From a virus (Duplodnaviria > Caudoviricetes), in the IMG/VR virus record IMGVR_UViG_3300037147_000032, positions 543-64,542 of that record: a DNA stretch of 64,000 bases, one strand, 5' to 3'. The notes beneath the pieces were generated by a model. The model was not told the origin of the DNA and made no database searches. It was given only the letters and a program-made list of their open reading frames with translations. How positions within the stretch are numbered: the stretch's first letter is position 1; each line of letters opens with the position of its first letter. Of the stretch, positions 29,992 through 39,273 are shown piece after piece. A program made the position numbers and the translations under genes.

Positions 29992-30837
29992 ATGCAAAGC
30001 ACCTATCTGGATTTCATGAACAACCGGCTGATCCCGAAGTACGAGGGGGGTTATGGATGGTCCAAGGCTGACCCCGGCGGTCCGACCAAGTACGGCATCA
30101 CGTGCTATGATCTCGCCGAGTTCGAGCACAAGAAAATGAACAGCATGTCGGCATGGGCTGAGCCTGTCAAGGAGATGCAGCTTTCCGTCGCCGACACGAT
30201 CTATCAGAACAAGTACGCGAACGCCATCTATTACGCCGATCTTCCCGCCGGTCCGGATGCATGCATCATGGACTACGGCGTCAACTCCGGCACGTCGCGT
30301 GTCGTGCGGGCATCCCGCGCGATCCTGAAGATCAAGGGCGGCGGGATCATGGATCAGTCGCTGCTTGACGCCATCAAGAAGACTGACCCCTCAGTTTTCG
30401 TCACCGCGCTGTGCGCTGAGCGCATGCACTTCCTGCACGGTCTCCGCACGTGGGGAACGTTCGGTGGCGGCTGGACTTCGCGCGTCACCGATCTCAAGGC
30501 CTACTGCCTGCATCTGGCCGAGGGTGGCACTCCCGCTGCGGCTGTGGCTGCGGTTGATCTCTCGCATGTCGTCATGCCCAAGGCGATCCACGTGCCTCGC
30601 ACGGCTGGCGCTCCCACGGCTGGCGGTGCTGTCGCTGGCGGCGCGGCGGTCGCGGCTGCGGGCTTCCCGTGGTACTACATCGTTGCCGGTGTCCTCGTCC
30701 CCGTCATCGCGGGCGTCATCTACGAGGCCTACGAGGCGAACAACGCCTCGAACGCCAACAACACCATCGTTCTCCCGGCCGGAATTGTGCTGCCTTCGGT
30801 GCCGGCAGCCCCGGTTGCCGCCTCACCGATCAAGTGA
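29992..30837 (+). CDS. Endolysin, glycoside hydrolase family 108, with a C-terminal TM segment
   Basis: YEGGY...DPGGPTKYGIT, DYGVNSG and FGGGWTSRV motifs. Confidence 0.9.
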   Translation: MQSTYLDFMNNRLIPKYEGGYGWSKADPGGPTKYGITCYDLAEFEHKKMNSMSAWAEPVKEMQLSVADTIYQNKYANAIYYADLPAGPDACIMDYGVNSGTSRVVRASRAILKIKGGGIMDQSLLDAIKKTDPSVFVTALCAERMHFLHGLRTWGTFGGGWTSRVTDLKAYCLHLAEGGTPAAAVAAVDLSHVVMPKAIHVPRTAGAPTAGGAVAGGAAVAAAGFPWYYIVAGVLVPVIAGVIYEAYEANNASNANNTIVLPAGIVLPSVPAAPVAASPIK

Positions 30838-30846
30838 GGTAGCATT

Positions 30847-31197
30847 ATGATGTGGTCTTCACTTAGCAACGGCACCGCCGCTTTTCGGGCGACGTTCCAC
30901 CAGTCCGCCGTGATCTGGTTTGCCCGGGTGCAGATATTGCTCGGAGCGATCTGGGCCGTCCTCGTGGCCACGGACCTCTCATCGGTAATTGGCAATCCGA
31001 AATACATCACCGGATGGCTTATATTCTCTGGTGTCGTCACCGAGATGACGCGTCGAGCGCGCACCGTACAAGACGATGATGGGCATCTGATCCCGCGACG
31101 CAATGACGATGACCATGTCACTGTGGTCGTGAACAATGCATCCGCTGCACCGGCCCCCGCGTCCCCGCTCGGGCCGTCTACGGGCGCAACGAAGTAA
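30847..31197 (+). CDS. Holin-like membrane protein
   Basis: Two hydrophobic segments and a charged tail, directly after the endolysin. Confidence 0.5.
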   Translation: MMWSSLSNGTAAFRATFHQSAVIWFARVQILLGAIWAVLVATDLSSVIGNPKYITGWLIFSGVVTEMTRRARTVQDDDGHLIPRRNDDDHVTVVVNNASAAPAPASPLGPSTGATK

Positions 31198-31209
31198 AGG
31201 ACAAAAGCC

Positions 31210-31494
31210 ATGATTAAACCAACTGTTGGGCGTGTAGTGTGGTTTACCCCTGCCACTGACGATCAGACCTTTAGGGATTACAACCCGCCGTTCGCGGCGC
31301 ACGTGGCATATGTATGGGGCGACACGTGCGTCAACCTCGCTGTCATTCTACCGGACGGCAGCGGATTTGTAGGTGAAACGTCGGTTACGCTGGTACAGTC
31401 CGACGAAGAAAAGGCGGCGCAAGTGTCCGGCCGATTTGCCGAATGGATGCCCTACCAGAAGGGCCAAGCCGCAAAACACGACGCCGCCGCTTAA
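31210..31494 (+). CDS. Small phage protein (KPTVGRVVWF type)
   Basis: AAGGA RBS; VNLAV and WMPYQ motifs. Confidence 0.6.
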   Translation: MIKPTVGRVVWFTPATDDQTFRDYNPPFAAHVAYVWGDTCVNLAVILPDGSGFVGETSVTLVQSDEEKAAQVSGRFAEWMPYQKGQAAKHDAAA

Positions 31495-31506
31495 AAGGGG
31501 TTCTCA

Positions 31507-31920
31507 ATGCTAGCACTGCTCGCAGCGATCCCGTCGCTCTTTGCCGGGATATTCGGGACGATCAACTCGATCACGAACGCGATCTCGAACGAAAAGATCG
31601 CCGCGATCACTGCTACGACTGATGAGGCGCGGATCGCGTCTACCGAACGTGTGGCCCAGTTGCAGCAACAGCGGGACGTGCTGATCGCTGATAGCGCGCA
31701 TAGCAGTCTCGATCTCTACATTCGTTCTTTCATCGCCATCGGTCCGGCGGCATACCTGCTCAAGATTTTTCTCTGGGACAAAGTTCTCGCCTACTGGACC
31801 AACGGCAGCACTGACCCAATCGATATGAACCTTTGGAACGTGGTAATGATAATCTTGGGCTTTTACTTCGTATCAGCCACGGCGACCACCGTGTCTCGTA
31901 TCTTCGCCAGTCGAAAGTGA
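31507..31920 (+). CDS. Holin (3TM, GTA-holin-like)
   Basis: IRSFIA...WDKV...LWNVVMIILGFYF. Confidence 0.6.
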   Translation: MLALLAAIPSLFAGIFGTINSITNAISNEKIAAITATTDEARIASTERVAQLQQQRDVLIADSAHSSLDLYIRSFIAIGPAAYLLKIFLWDKVLAYWTNGSTDPIDMNLWNVVMIILGFYFVSATATTVSRIFASRK

Positions 31921-32106
31921 AAGTGCTTGTCCTCGCGGTCTTGCTACTCGTCGGGCACCGTACACACGCGCGATGCCCGGAGATCGTGAACGCGTATTAT
32001 GACTTCGTCTATTCGTGGGGACAGGGCTACGGCTCGGATGTCCACCGAGATCAATTCACAGGGAGATATCCCAAGCGGGTTCTGGTTTGCATACGGGGGA
32101 TGTGAC

Positions 32107-33021
32107 ATGAGTAAAATACTAAGGGGAGTTCTCGTTGCATTACTCATGCTGACGACGTCAGCGTTGTTGACGGCGGCCCCTGCCGTGACGCAAGAAGCTC
32201 CGCCGCGTCCCTCTTATAGTCAAGCTGATACTAAAGTCGATCCGACCGAGAACGTCAAGGCATTGAATGCCGCTGAGGCCAAGCGGCAGGACGATTTGCG
32301 ATTGCAGCAAGAGAAGTATTTTGATGCCAAGCTGAAAGACCTTGATGAAATCAGCGCCTTGCGCGAGAAGACCAATGCCCAGTTGCGCGACAGCGAGATT
32401 GTGCGCATCGACAGTGAAATGAAACTGCGGGCCGAATTTAACGAGAAATTGCAGATCGCCGAAGCCCACCGTATCGACGCCATTCGGGCCGTGGACGTCA
32501 ACGCCGTCACGGTCGCTTCGCAACGAGCGAGCGATCAGGCCTTGGCGTTGCAGAAGAAAGGTGACGACAGCGCGTTGGTCCTGAGCGCGCAGGTTACCAA
32601 GAGCGCTGACGACGTGCGAACGCTGGTCAAGACGACGGCCGACGAACAGTCCCGAAACCTGCAACAGCAATTCGCTGCCATTCAGGTGCAGTTCACCGGA
32701 CTTGCTACGCGGCTATCGACGCTTGAACAGACCGGCTCGGAAAGTCTGGGCAAGTCGAAATATGCCGACCCGGCTCTGGCGGCATTGGTGACCGAAGTGC
32801 AGAAGCTCAGCCGGACGCAACAGGATACTGCCGGGCAAGGTACCGGCCGCAGCGATCTGACTGGGTGGATCGTCGGTGGCGTCATGCTGTTGCTGGCGCT
32901 TGGCACATTTGCGATGCTGGCGTTTCGCAGCCGACCGCAGCCGCAGCGTGTCGAAGAGTATTATGAACCGAGGGTTCAGCGTCCATCGCCGCGCCGTGCA
33001 GCGACAACGAGCGAAGAGTAA
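32107..33021 (+). CDS. Signal peptide, long coiled coil and C-terminal TM protein
   Basis: Hydrophobic N-terminus, heptad-rich core, WIVGGVMLLLALGTFAMLAF. Confidence 0.6.
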   Translation: MSKILRGVLVALLMLTTSALLTAAPAVTQEAPPRPSYSQADTKVDPTENVKALNAAEAKRQDDLRLQQEKYFDAKLKDLDEISALREKTNAQLRDSEIVRIDSEMKLRAEFNEKLQIAEAHRIDAIRAVDVNAVTVASQRASDQALALQKKGDDSALVLSAQVTKSADDVRTLVKTTADEQSRNLQQQFAAIQVQFTGLATRLSTLEQTGSESLGKSKYADPALAALVTEVQKLSRTQQDTAGQGTGRSDLTGWIVGGVMLLLALGTFAMLAFRSRPQPQRVEEYYEPRVQRPSPRRAATTSEE

Positions 33022-33023
33022 AC

Positions 33024-33278
33024 ATGTGGACAGGCTACACCAGTCTCCTGACAGCGCATATCATTTACCGCCGACCGGATCATCTATGGCTTCTCCAAGA
33101 GTACATCTATCAGGATTATGACGTGCTCCCGGACTTTCCCCGGCTGATGAAGTTCCTGCGCTTCTGGCGAGACAAACTCGATGGACCGCTCGTCGCGGTC
33201 CGGGTCGGGCACGTTCTCGACCGCGCGCAGATCGTTCTCGATCTTCACGACTTTCAATTCGCGGGTCGGCCTCACTGA
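33024..33278 (+). CDS. usg: Usg-family protein
   Basis: LLTAHIIYRRPDH..LLQEYIYQDYD..PDFPRLMKFLRFW...LDGPL. Confidence 0.8.
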   Translation: MWTGYTSLLTAHIIYRRPDHLWLLQEYIYQDYDVLPDFPRLMKFLRFWRDKLDGPLVAVRVGHVLDRAQIVLDLHDFQFAGRPH

Positions 33279-33341
33279 AATACCAATTGCCCGAACGATC
33301 CGCTTGTGCTAGTGTTCACCCCAACATGAAGGATTTACCCA

Positions 33342-33785
33342 ATGGCTGATGAAGGATTTTCTGGCGAGGGCTCCCCCATGCACTTCCTCAGACACGAACT
33401 CGACGCCATTGCTGACTATATCGCCGCCCGGCTCGACGGTACTCTTCGCGCCATCATCCGAGAGGAACTCAAAATGACCGACCAAGCCATCCTAGACCTC
33501 ACCGCCGCCGACAACGCCATCCTCGCCGAACTGAGCCTCGTGGTTTCCACGGTTCAGACCGACGCGGCTGCCCTTGCCACCCTGCTCGCCAGTTCCGGCA
33601 CCTCGCTCGATCCGGCCATTGAAGCACAGGTCGCCGTCCTGACTGCCGGCACCGCCGCCGCCGTCGCTGCCATGGCTGCCCTCGTGCCCCAGAGCCCGGG
33701 CGCCGCAGGTGCCTCCGGTGCCTCCGGCGCGACTGCCGCTACGGGTGCCACTGCCGCCGCTGCTTCTGGCGCCGTCACTGCCTAA
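33342..33785 (+). CDS. Hypothetical Ala-rich protein
   Basis: AAGGA RBS; last gene before the terminator; an alternative start near 33474 is possible. Confidence 0.55.
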   Translation: MADEGFSGEGSPMHFLRHELDAIADYIAARLDGTLRAIIREELKMTDQAILDLTAADNAILAELSLVVSTVQTDAAALATLLASSGTSLDPAIEAQVAVLTAGTAAAVAAMAALVPQSPGAAGASGASGATAATGATAAAASGAVTA

Positions 33786-33835
33786 ACCGCACCCACGGGG
33801 CACGGCAGCCTCGGGAAACGGCATTCTAGACAAAA

Positions 33836-33863
33836 GAAAAGGCCCCGGACTCCGGGGCCTTTC
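33836..33863. terminator. Bidirectional rho-independent terminator at the convergence of the two arms
   Basis: gaaaaggccccgga-c-tccggggcctttc with A/T tracts on both sides. Confidence 0.85.
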
Positions 33864-34079
33864 ACGTTGTGTGATATATTTGTCACGACCGGCGCTTTCT
33901 CAGGAGCAGCTTCCAAGCTTGAGAAAGAACCACACGACTGTGATCAGCGTAAAACAAAACAAAATCATAACGGCAATACCTGCCTGTGCATCTTTGTTCA
34001 TGTCAGATTATCCTAAATGCGAGTTCCATGACTTTCCACCGGGCCGGATCGGAAGGTACGAGTTTGATCCGGGTCGACG

Positions 34080-34484
34080 TCATCGCAGGATTTTGCCCCG
34101 GCCGCTTTCCTCGTAGCCGGTCACAAGGCCACAGACAATGTGCTGCATTGCGTAGGCTTCGAATTCGGATGATGGCTTGCGCTCGCCGATGTACTTGAGC
34201 GTCTGACGCCAGACATGCATGCCCTCGTGGGTGAGGAGTGCAAGCGCGGCTTCGGACGACCGCTTCTTGTGGTTCAGGGTGACGATTGAGCACGCGTGCC
34301 CGTCACCGTCGTTTGTGAAGTGTGCGCAATTGCCATCGCTGTCCGGATACGGCTCCCATGGTGACATGTTGAAGCGCTTCATCTCTTTATCCCACGCTAT
34401 CTCATTCGGGCAGAACCCGAAGTAGTAGGGAAGCCAACTAATTTTGCGCCATACCGTCTTCATATGATAGGGTTGGCCCTTCAT
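34080..34484 (-). CDS. Hypothetical protein with an HExxH motif
   Basis: LTHEGMHV...SSEFEAY. Confidence 0.6.
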   Translation of the reverse strand: MKGQPYHMKTVWRKISWLPYYFGFCPNEIAWDKEMKRFNMSPWEPYPDSDGNCAHFTNDGDGHACSIVTLNHKKRSSEAALALLTHEGMHVWRQTLKYIGERKPSSEFEAYAMQHIVCGLVTGYEESGRGKILR

Positions 34485-34951
34485 TTCATATCCGCCGGTT
34501 TGAGTTGACAGGACATCGCGGTCCATCCATTGCCGTGATCTCGATCCGTGAGGAAGCCGAAGCGGTTAAAATATTGCGGCTTCTGTGTCACGAGCAGCAC
34601 GGATGTGCCGTCATGCTCCCGGACGTAGTCGAGCCGGTGCTCGGTGAGCAACGTGCCAAGACCTTTGCTCTGATGTTTCTGGTCGAGCGCGACCCAGATG
34701 AACTCCCAGAAGCCTTGCATCATCATGGTTTTGCGAAGCGCGCAAAAGCCTGCGGTCTCATCCGTAGCGTAATGATCGGCGATGAAAAACCTCGGAGCGT
34801 ACTCGCCACCCTTAAAACCTTCGACGAATTGCTTGAAGCACCGGTCGGCGCTCACGTCGCCCCAATTCTCACGCACGAGATGAACGCACGCACCCATGTC
34901 CGAATACTGCGGGTGACGAATGTGATACGCGCTATTTGATCCTGTAAACAT
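34481..34951 (-). CDS. GNAT acetyltransferase
   Basis: VALDQKHQSKGLGTLL motif A; YFNRFGF. Confidence 0.8.
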   Translation of the reverse strand: MFTGSNSAYHIRHPQYSDMGACVHLVRENWGDVSADRCFKQFVEGFKGGEYAPRFFIADHYATDETAGFCALRKTMMMQGFWEFIWVALDQKHQSKGLGTLLTEHRLDYVREHDGTSVLLVTQKPQYFNRFGFLTDRDHGNGWTAMSCQLKPADMK

Positions 34952-35189
34952 TGTAACTTCCATCATGCTCTTCGACGGTGTAAACACTTTTTCCGTAGTT
35001 GATGCAAGCCCGAAATATATCATAGGTTGATCTGCCCGGAATGTAGTGCTTGGAGCCTTCACTCATTTTCTCGTATGGGGCTACGGGCGGAAACGCAAGC
35101 TCGACAATGTTCGTAAAGAACGATTGAGAGCCCCCGACCACGAGTGCGGCGCACGCTTTGCCGATGTACTCTCGTTCGGCGTCACTCAA
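34932..35189 (-). CDS. Hypothetical protein
   Basis: Coupled ORF in the operon. Confidence 0.45.
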   Translation of the reverse strand: MSDAEREYIGKACAALVVGGSQSFFTNIVELAFPPVAPYEKMSEGSKHYIPGRSTYDIFRACINYGKSVYTVEEHDGSYNVYRIK

Positions 35190-35404
35190 CTTGCATCTCC
35201 GCTATACTGAGCGCGTTTGCGCGCTTCCCAACCCGCTACGAACGCAGCCCGAGCCGCCTCATGGTCATGAGGTATCCAATTGGCATCTACCTTGTTGCAA
35301 TACTCCTGCCACGCCCTGAAACGTGCGGGATGTGATTTGGGAACGGGCTCACGCGCGGCTTCCATGACCTCGTGAAGCGCGGCATCCGAGATTTTGTCTG
35401 TCAT
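35186..35404 (-). CDS. Hypothetical protein
   Basis: ATGA-coupled; AFVAGWEA. Confidence 0.5.
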   Translation of the reverse strand: MTDKISDAALHEVMEAAREPVPKSHPARFRAWQEYCNKVDANWIPHDHEAARAAFVAGWEARKRAQYSGDAS

Positions 35405-35892
35405 AGCCGGTTTTGCTCCCATGCAGCGGCCTTGACGCCGTCCGCGAACGTATCCCATGCGCTCTTCGTCGTTGTCTGCCAGCGGGTTTCAATTTCGTTG
35501 TTAACCGCTTCAGCGAGTAACACGGCTGACATCTTCGGTTTGAGAAGAGTGAAATAGGCGCACTCCGTCATCATGAGATTGATCGGGTCGAAGCCTTCGT
35601 GGATACGGACGTCCGTCCGGTACACACCGATATGGCACCCTTTGGCGAAGCCGTAGCCAATCTCCCAGCACGTGCCGCTGTCCGGGTCGGGTCCATCGAG
35701 ATTGGCAAGCACTAGCTCAGCCCATTCAATGCCGCCGATATCCGACCGGAAGATCTTGCCCGCGTTGTCTCCCTGTTCATTCTCCTGCGGCAGAAAGACT
35801 TCATGACCAAGCTCGCGCAGACAATACGCGAGTTGAGCATTCCAGTTGCACTCTGATGTGGAAAACAAAGGCCCAGCCATGTATATTTTCAT
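35401..35892 (-). CDS. Nucleoside 2-deoxyribosyltransferase / nucleotide N-glycosidase family
   Basis: KIYMAGPLF, VFLPQE and DGPDPDSGTCWEIGY motifs. Confidence 0.9.
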   Translation of the reverse strand: MKIYMAGPLFSTSECNWNAQLAYCLRELGHEVFLPQENEQGDNAGKIFRSDIGGIEWAELVLANLDGPDPDSGTCWEIGYGFAKGCHIGVYRTDVRIHEGFDPINLMMTECAYFTLLKPKMSAVLLAEAVNNEIETRWQTTTKSAWDTFADGVKAAAWEQNRL

Positions 35893-36065
35893 CAGATTTT
35901 CGCTTTTTCTAACTCTTTGATGATCCAGTTTTCATATCCGAGCGAAGCGACTACCGCTTTCGCGGCATACTGTTCGGCCTCCAGACGGGTATCAAAGGGA
36001 CCGACCGCGACCCCGATGATCGGCGGCGCTCCGGTGTTGACCACAACCTTGATGACGATCCACAC
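35892..36065 (-). CDS. 57-aa hypothetical protein (not in the ORF track)
   Basis: GGAG RBS, GTG start, VGPFDTRLEAEQYA, TGATG coupling to the next gene. Confidence 0.5.
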   Translation of the reverse strand: MWIVIKVVVNTGAPPIIGVAVGPFDTRLEAEQYAAKAVVASLGYENWIIKELEKAKI

Positions 36066-36122
36066 CAGCCAACTCCAAAATGGGTTTCGCCCCGCGCTTG
36101 TTAGCCCGGGATTTTGGTGTTG

Positions 36123-37253
36123 TCAAACGATTTTTGGTTTATTACTGTCCCAAGACAGCCAAGCACTCGATCCGGGCTTGCGTCTCTCTGCGCCATCAAG
36201 GTACACGGGCCATGAGGCTGTGATCCCGTGCTTCGGATGGACGAACGTCAGGGACTGCAACGGTCGCGTCGGCCGGGTACGCAACACCAGCCGGGCGTAT
36301 TCGTTGTATCCGATCAGCGAACCGTTGACGATCACAGGCACCGCATCATTGTAACCGATGTACGTGTGATAGTGCCCGATCAGCAGCGTATCGAAATCCC
36401 GGCCACACTGCGCCTCCGAAGCTCCAACCTTGAGCGTGCCGCGAGCGATGGGGCCGAGCGCGCCGATGATGCCGTCGCCACCCTTCACACCGAGCGTATC
36501 GCCATGCGTGAGCATGAAGCGCCGGCCATAGATCGCGAAGTGGGCATCGACCTCGTTCGGGACATGGATGGTAACACGCGGATCGTCAGCAAACCACTTT
36601 TCGATATGCTGAAAGATGACCCATTCCCAGCTATCGAATACGCGGTTCTTGGCCCGTGGCTTCAACGTGGTGCGTCCGTGATTACCGGGTACGCACGGAA
36701 CGAAGACCTTGCCAAACTTGTCGGCGAGCATCGTGATGATGCCGATCAGCATTTCCTCGACTTCGACCACGGCCAAGGTCACTGGCCCGTCATTGGTCTC
36801 GCGAAGGTCTTCGTGGATGCCGCCAGTGATCATGTCACCGCCGACCGCAAAGACACACCCCGGATACGTCGGAGTTGTCATGTGATTGAAGCAGAGATCG
36901 ATGATCGTCTCACCGAAACGCTGGACCCTCTGTTTACTGATCTTCCGGTTGAAGGCATTCATGCCTCCGACCTGATCAGGGTCCACCATCTCGCCATGGT
37001 GCCAGTCTGATGCGAGGATCAGAGGAACGCCAGTGATCGAGCTAGTCTTGTGCGGCTTGGTGAGCCAGACCGGCGGTTCGCGCGTGTAGGCGTCGAGCCC
37101 GAAGATTTCCTGCCTCAGGCTTTCGGCAGTGTCATGTTCTTGAGTTCGGCTGCGGAGTTCTTTTTCGAGGGCCTTGATCTGGTTTTGCTTGCCACGGATA
37201 ATTTCGTTGGCATCAGCAAGGCGTTCGCTATCCGTCTTTTGTTTCGGGTCCAT
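36123..37253 (-). CDS. Calcineurin-like metallophosphoesterase
   Basis: SDWHHGE, GGDMITG, PGNHGR, THGD and GHYH motifs. Confidence 0.85.
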   Translation of the reverse strand: MDPKQKTDSERLADANEIIRGKQNQIKALEKELRSRTQEHDTAESLRQEIFGLDAYTREPPVWLTKPHKTSSITGVPLILASDWHHGEMVDPDQVGGMNAFNRKISKQRVQRFGETIIDLCFNHMTTPTYPGCVFAVGGDMITGGIHEDLRETNDGPVTLAVVEVEEMLIGIITMLADKFGKVFVPCVPGNHGRTTLKPRAKNRVFDSWEWVIFQHIEKWFADDPRVTIHVPNEVDAHFAIYGRRFMLTHGDTLGVKGGDGIIGALGPIARGTLKVGASEAQCGRDFDTLLIGHYHTYIGYNDAVPVIVNGSLIGYNEYARLVLRTRPTRPLQSLTFVHPKHGITASWPVYLDGAERRKPGSSAWLSWDSNKPKIV

Positions 37254-37423
37254 TGTTTATATTCCCTGTCTGTAGCCAATCCCTTTGGCGATGATTGATA
37301 GGTACGTTTTCGTTCAAGATACTTCGGCGAACTATTGTAGCGCCGCACGGCCTCGCGACCTTTCGGGCTTCTTTTGTAGCGAGTTTGTCTCTCGTTCTTT
37401 TTCTTCTTCTTGTCTTCTGCCAT
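37115..37423 (-). CDS. Basic protein with 13-aa RYxxSPKG repeats
   Basis: Three repeats; TAATG coupling to the upstream gene. Confidence 0.45.
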   Translation of the reverse strand: MAEDKKKKKNERQTRYKRSPKGREAVRRYNSSPKYLERKRTYQSSPKGLATDREYKQWTRNKRRIANALLMPTKLSVASKTRSRPSKKNSAAELKNMTLPKA

Positions 37424-38082
37424 TAGTCTTCTGGGCGATGAGGCAAATTGAATTTCTGTTTGGACAGGTAGAGCGATAGCCCTGTCAGTTGCTCCGCTGA
37501 CAGCATGCTGTATTCAGGGAATTTACGTCTAACTATTCGCGCGATCTGCTTGAAACTGTAGCCAAGTCCGACTTCGTCTGCGATGAGCAACAGAGAACGA
37601 GCATAATCGCGAGCGAGAACTTTCGATGACCGGCGGCGCACTGGCATCTGACATCGGGACCCGTTGAGCGCGTAGGCTACCATCTGCAATGAACGGAGCG
37701 ACGTGCGATAGGCTGGCCAGTTTGCCGACCCATTCGGGAAACTCTCGTGGAGCTTCTTGAGAATAGCCCGATACGTCAGACCGACCCGGCGACCATAAAC
37801 ATCGACGTAGCTGACTTGCATCAGCAAATCCTCCGCCGCTTCCTTGATTGTCTTGTACTTCTTACGTGCTCTTGAAGGCGCCCTACGAGGTTTAACGTGC
37901 TCATGAGTGCACTTCGATTTGGCAATCTTCCTCAGCGCTCGGCTAGTCGCCCGGCTACATTCGACACAATTACCACTCGCTGTATATCGGTATGGCTTGT
38001 GACCATGCTTGCAGCGCTCTCCAGTCCAATATGTCGTCAAACCTTCTTGGATCGCCGCAATTCTTATTTGAGTATCATTCAT
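37423..38082 (-). CDS. Basic protein with an N-terminal Cys/His zinc module, putative DNA-binding
   Basis: YWTGERCKHGH..YRYTASGNCVEC. Confidence 0.6.
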   Translation of the reverse strand: MNDTQIRIAAIQEGLTTYWTGERCKHGHKPYRYTASGNCVECSRATSRALRKIAKSKCTHEHVKPRRAPSRARKKYKTIKEAAEDLLMQVSYVDVYGRRVGLTYRAILKKLHESFPNGSANWPAYRTSLRSLQMVAYALNGSRCQMPVRRRSSKVLARDYARSLLLIADEVGLGYSFKQIARIVRRKFPEYSMLSAEQLTGLSLYLSKQKFNLPHRPED

Positions 38083-38520
38083 TTACCAGCCCTCACATGC
38101 TCTTAAGAGCACTTTAGCCAGATCGGCTTCAGGATCGACAACGCTCAATCGCGCGAGATCGGTCTCGGTCGCGATGACCTCGTCGTAGAACGAGCCCGGG
38201 ATCAGATAGAGCTTCGCGGTGTGCGCGTGTCCGACTTGGATCAGGACCCAATGCATTCTGCAACCCGCGTCGGTCCGTGCCCTGTGCCAGATGGATTGAC
38301 TTTCGCGCGTCTTCGAGCGGATAGGGGTGCCGGGTCGCTTCGGTCGAAGGTTGCTTTTTAGCTCGATCCAACAACTCTGACCTTCGATAACTCCCTCAAC
38401 ATCCGGATTGCCTTCGCCCACAGAATTCTCCAATCGACAGAAGTGCGTTTTATGCCCGCACTTATTAAGGTGTTTGATGCCGCTTTTCACCCGCTGCCAC
38501 AGTGACTTTTCTAAAGCCAT
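38083..38520 (-). CDS. PD-(D/E)xK Holliday junction resolvase / VRR-NUC-like nuclease
   Basis: EKSLW, RLEN..GEGNPDVEG, WIELK and QSIWH motifs. Confidence 0.8.
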   Translation of the reverse strand: MALEKSLWQRVKSGIKHLNKCGHKTHFCRLENSVGEGNPDVEGVIEGQSCWIELKSNLRPKRPGTPIRSKTRESQSIWHRARTDAGCRMHWVLIQVGHAHTAKLYLIPGSFYDEVIATETDLARLSVVDPEADLAKVLLRACEGW

Positions 38521-39137
38521 TGGGTTATCTCTCGTTTCTTATATGGTCCTCGGGCTCCTCGGGGACCGTGCGAGACGGCCGACCACAGACTTCCAGCGGC
38601 TCTCCTAACAGCTATTGTCGCTCGCATGCTCTCTGCTCGCCTCATTAGGCTATCAGCAGACGGGTGGCATCGGGATTTAGCTTTCGCAGACAGCTTTGCT
38701 CGTGTTTCCGCCGAGCGCTTCATCCCCCGATGTCCGGTGGCAGTTTTCAAGACTGATACGCTAGAGCGTTTCTGTCCTCGGCGAGACCGGTTCAACTCGG
38801 CTAAATGAGGATTTTGGTGACCCATGTTAGCCGCGCTGATTTTCGCTCGTGTTTCCGGAAGAGGATCACGACATCCAAACCCTCCCGCAGAAACATTAAG
38901 CCCAGCCGGGAAACGCGTACCAAATATCTCTATGGCCTTTGCCTCCAATTCGTAAATGTAATCACGCGCCCCCCGTGCCAAAACTTGAACTCTGACACTT
39001 TCAAACCCAACCTCGCGTATCGCAACTCCTATTGGATGCAGCGACCGTCTATGGTTTCGAACTCGTATCTGTAACACTTTCGAGACACCAATATACGCTC
39101 GGCCGTCTGGCATCGTGATCTTATAAAGCTCAAACAT
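38511..39137 (-). CDS. GIY-YIG homing endonuclease with NUMOD3 repeats
   Basis: LYKIT...AYIGVS, GLNVSAGG and ETRAKIS motifs. Confidence 0.85.
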   Translation of the reverse strand: MFELYKITMPDGRAYIGVSKVLQIRVRNHRRSLHPIGVAIREVGFESVRVQVLARGARDYIYELEAKAIEIFGTRFPAGLNVSAGGFGCRDPLPETRAKISAANMGHQNPHLAELNRSRRGQKRSSVSVLKTATGHRGMKRSAETRAKLSAKAKSRCHPSADSLMRRAESMRATIAVRRAAGSLWSAVSHGPRGARGPYKKREITQWL

Positions 39138-39273
39138 TGATCACTCCCTCGACATCGGGGTTGCCTTCGCCGGCTGAGTTCTCCAGTCGGCAGAAGTGCG
39201 TCAGGTGTCCGCACTTCTTGAGATGTGTGATGCCTTTCTTGCATCGGTCCCAGAGTGATTTTTCTTTAGCCAC
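39130..39273 (-). pseudogene. Stranded 47-aa N-terminal copy of the resolvase gene
   Basis: VAKEKSLWDRCKKGITHLKKCGHLTHFCRLENSAGEGNPDVEGVINV* aligns with the resolvase N-terminus MALEKSLWQRVKSGIKHLNKCGHKTHFCRLENSVGEGNPDVEGVI. Confidence 0.85.
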
